This document shows, one piece after another, positions 63,662 through 64,000 of a stretch of DNA of 64,000 nucleotides. Numbering within the stretch: the first letter of the stretch is position 1; each line of letters begins with the position of its first letter. Origin of the DNA: Paramoeba atlantica. Taxonomy: Eukaryota; Protista; Discosea. Under the pieces are notes generated by a model. It searched no databases. It was not told the origin of the DNA and saw nothing but the letters and a program-made list of their open reading frames with translations. The position numbers and the translations under genes were made by a program. The stretch lies in NCBI GenBank assembly GCA_977017575.1, contig CDRNVI010000070.1, forward strand, positions 186,001 through 250,000, in the 5' to 3' direction.

Positions 63662-64000
63662 TTATTGCAGTTAATAAGTGCGTTACATGGAACTGCTAAC
63701 TAATATCGAGCCGTGAGTAAATATGTTGAAAACGTCCCCCTTTGAATGTATAGAATATGCTGTTGTAATGGTTTATCGGCCCGCATCGTAAAGGCGGAAG
63801 GCGCTTCATGTACTCATAGTCTAGCATTGTAGCATTACATTTCATCGTACAATGTACTAAACAGCGTAAATAAATATTATTCATCTCAAAGATTGATAAA
63901 CATTGTTATGCTTAACCTAGTCTCATCTGATCATTGCTTTAATTTTTTTCTTCGTTCCAATCATGGAAATTACCACTCCTCTGGAATCTCCATGCGGACA

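Noticed and set aside
1-64000. tRNA, rRNA, snoRNA or telomeric repeats
   Set aside because: No T-loop GTTCGA cloverleaf, rRNA signature, C/D box pair or TTAGGG run was recognised by eye. A tRNAscan-SE or Infernal run would be needed to exclude them.

Overview
Eukaryotic nuclear DNA from a kinetoplastid. About 35 intronless CDSs all lie on the + strand, like one polycistronic unit. They include a kinetoplast poly(A) polymerase (KPAP1-like), an RBP16-like cold-shock protein, mitochondrial RNA polymerase and mitochondrial EF-G. The divergent proteins and compact spacing suggest a non-trypanosomatid, possibly Perkinsela-like lineage (inference). Two gene-dense blocks (1-25.7 kb, 41.8-63.7 kb) flank a ~16 kb repeat-rich island that holds only three credible genes. 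Main result: a 4,334-bp non-coding element (31021-35354) bounded by CA at both ends. Removing it and one CA rejoins a kinetoplastid spliced-leader (SL) exon sequence, AAAGATA-CA-GTTTCTGTACCTTGTTG|GTA. Inside, at 33926-34078, is a reverse-complement copy of its own right-end/left-end (circle) junction. This resembles the internal complementary region of DIRS-type tyrosine-recombinase retroelements, not the known SL-targeting SLACS/CZAR/CRE elements. The element also carries two hairpin-rich tandem arrays. Other findings: several TA-bounded inverted-repeat (MITE-like) elements, a 111-bp palindrome, repeated C-rich-to-G-rich skew switches inside genes, a Nup62 with WG rather than FG repeats, and a protein with a C-terminal HTH. 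Gene names come from recognised motifs only; no database search was run.
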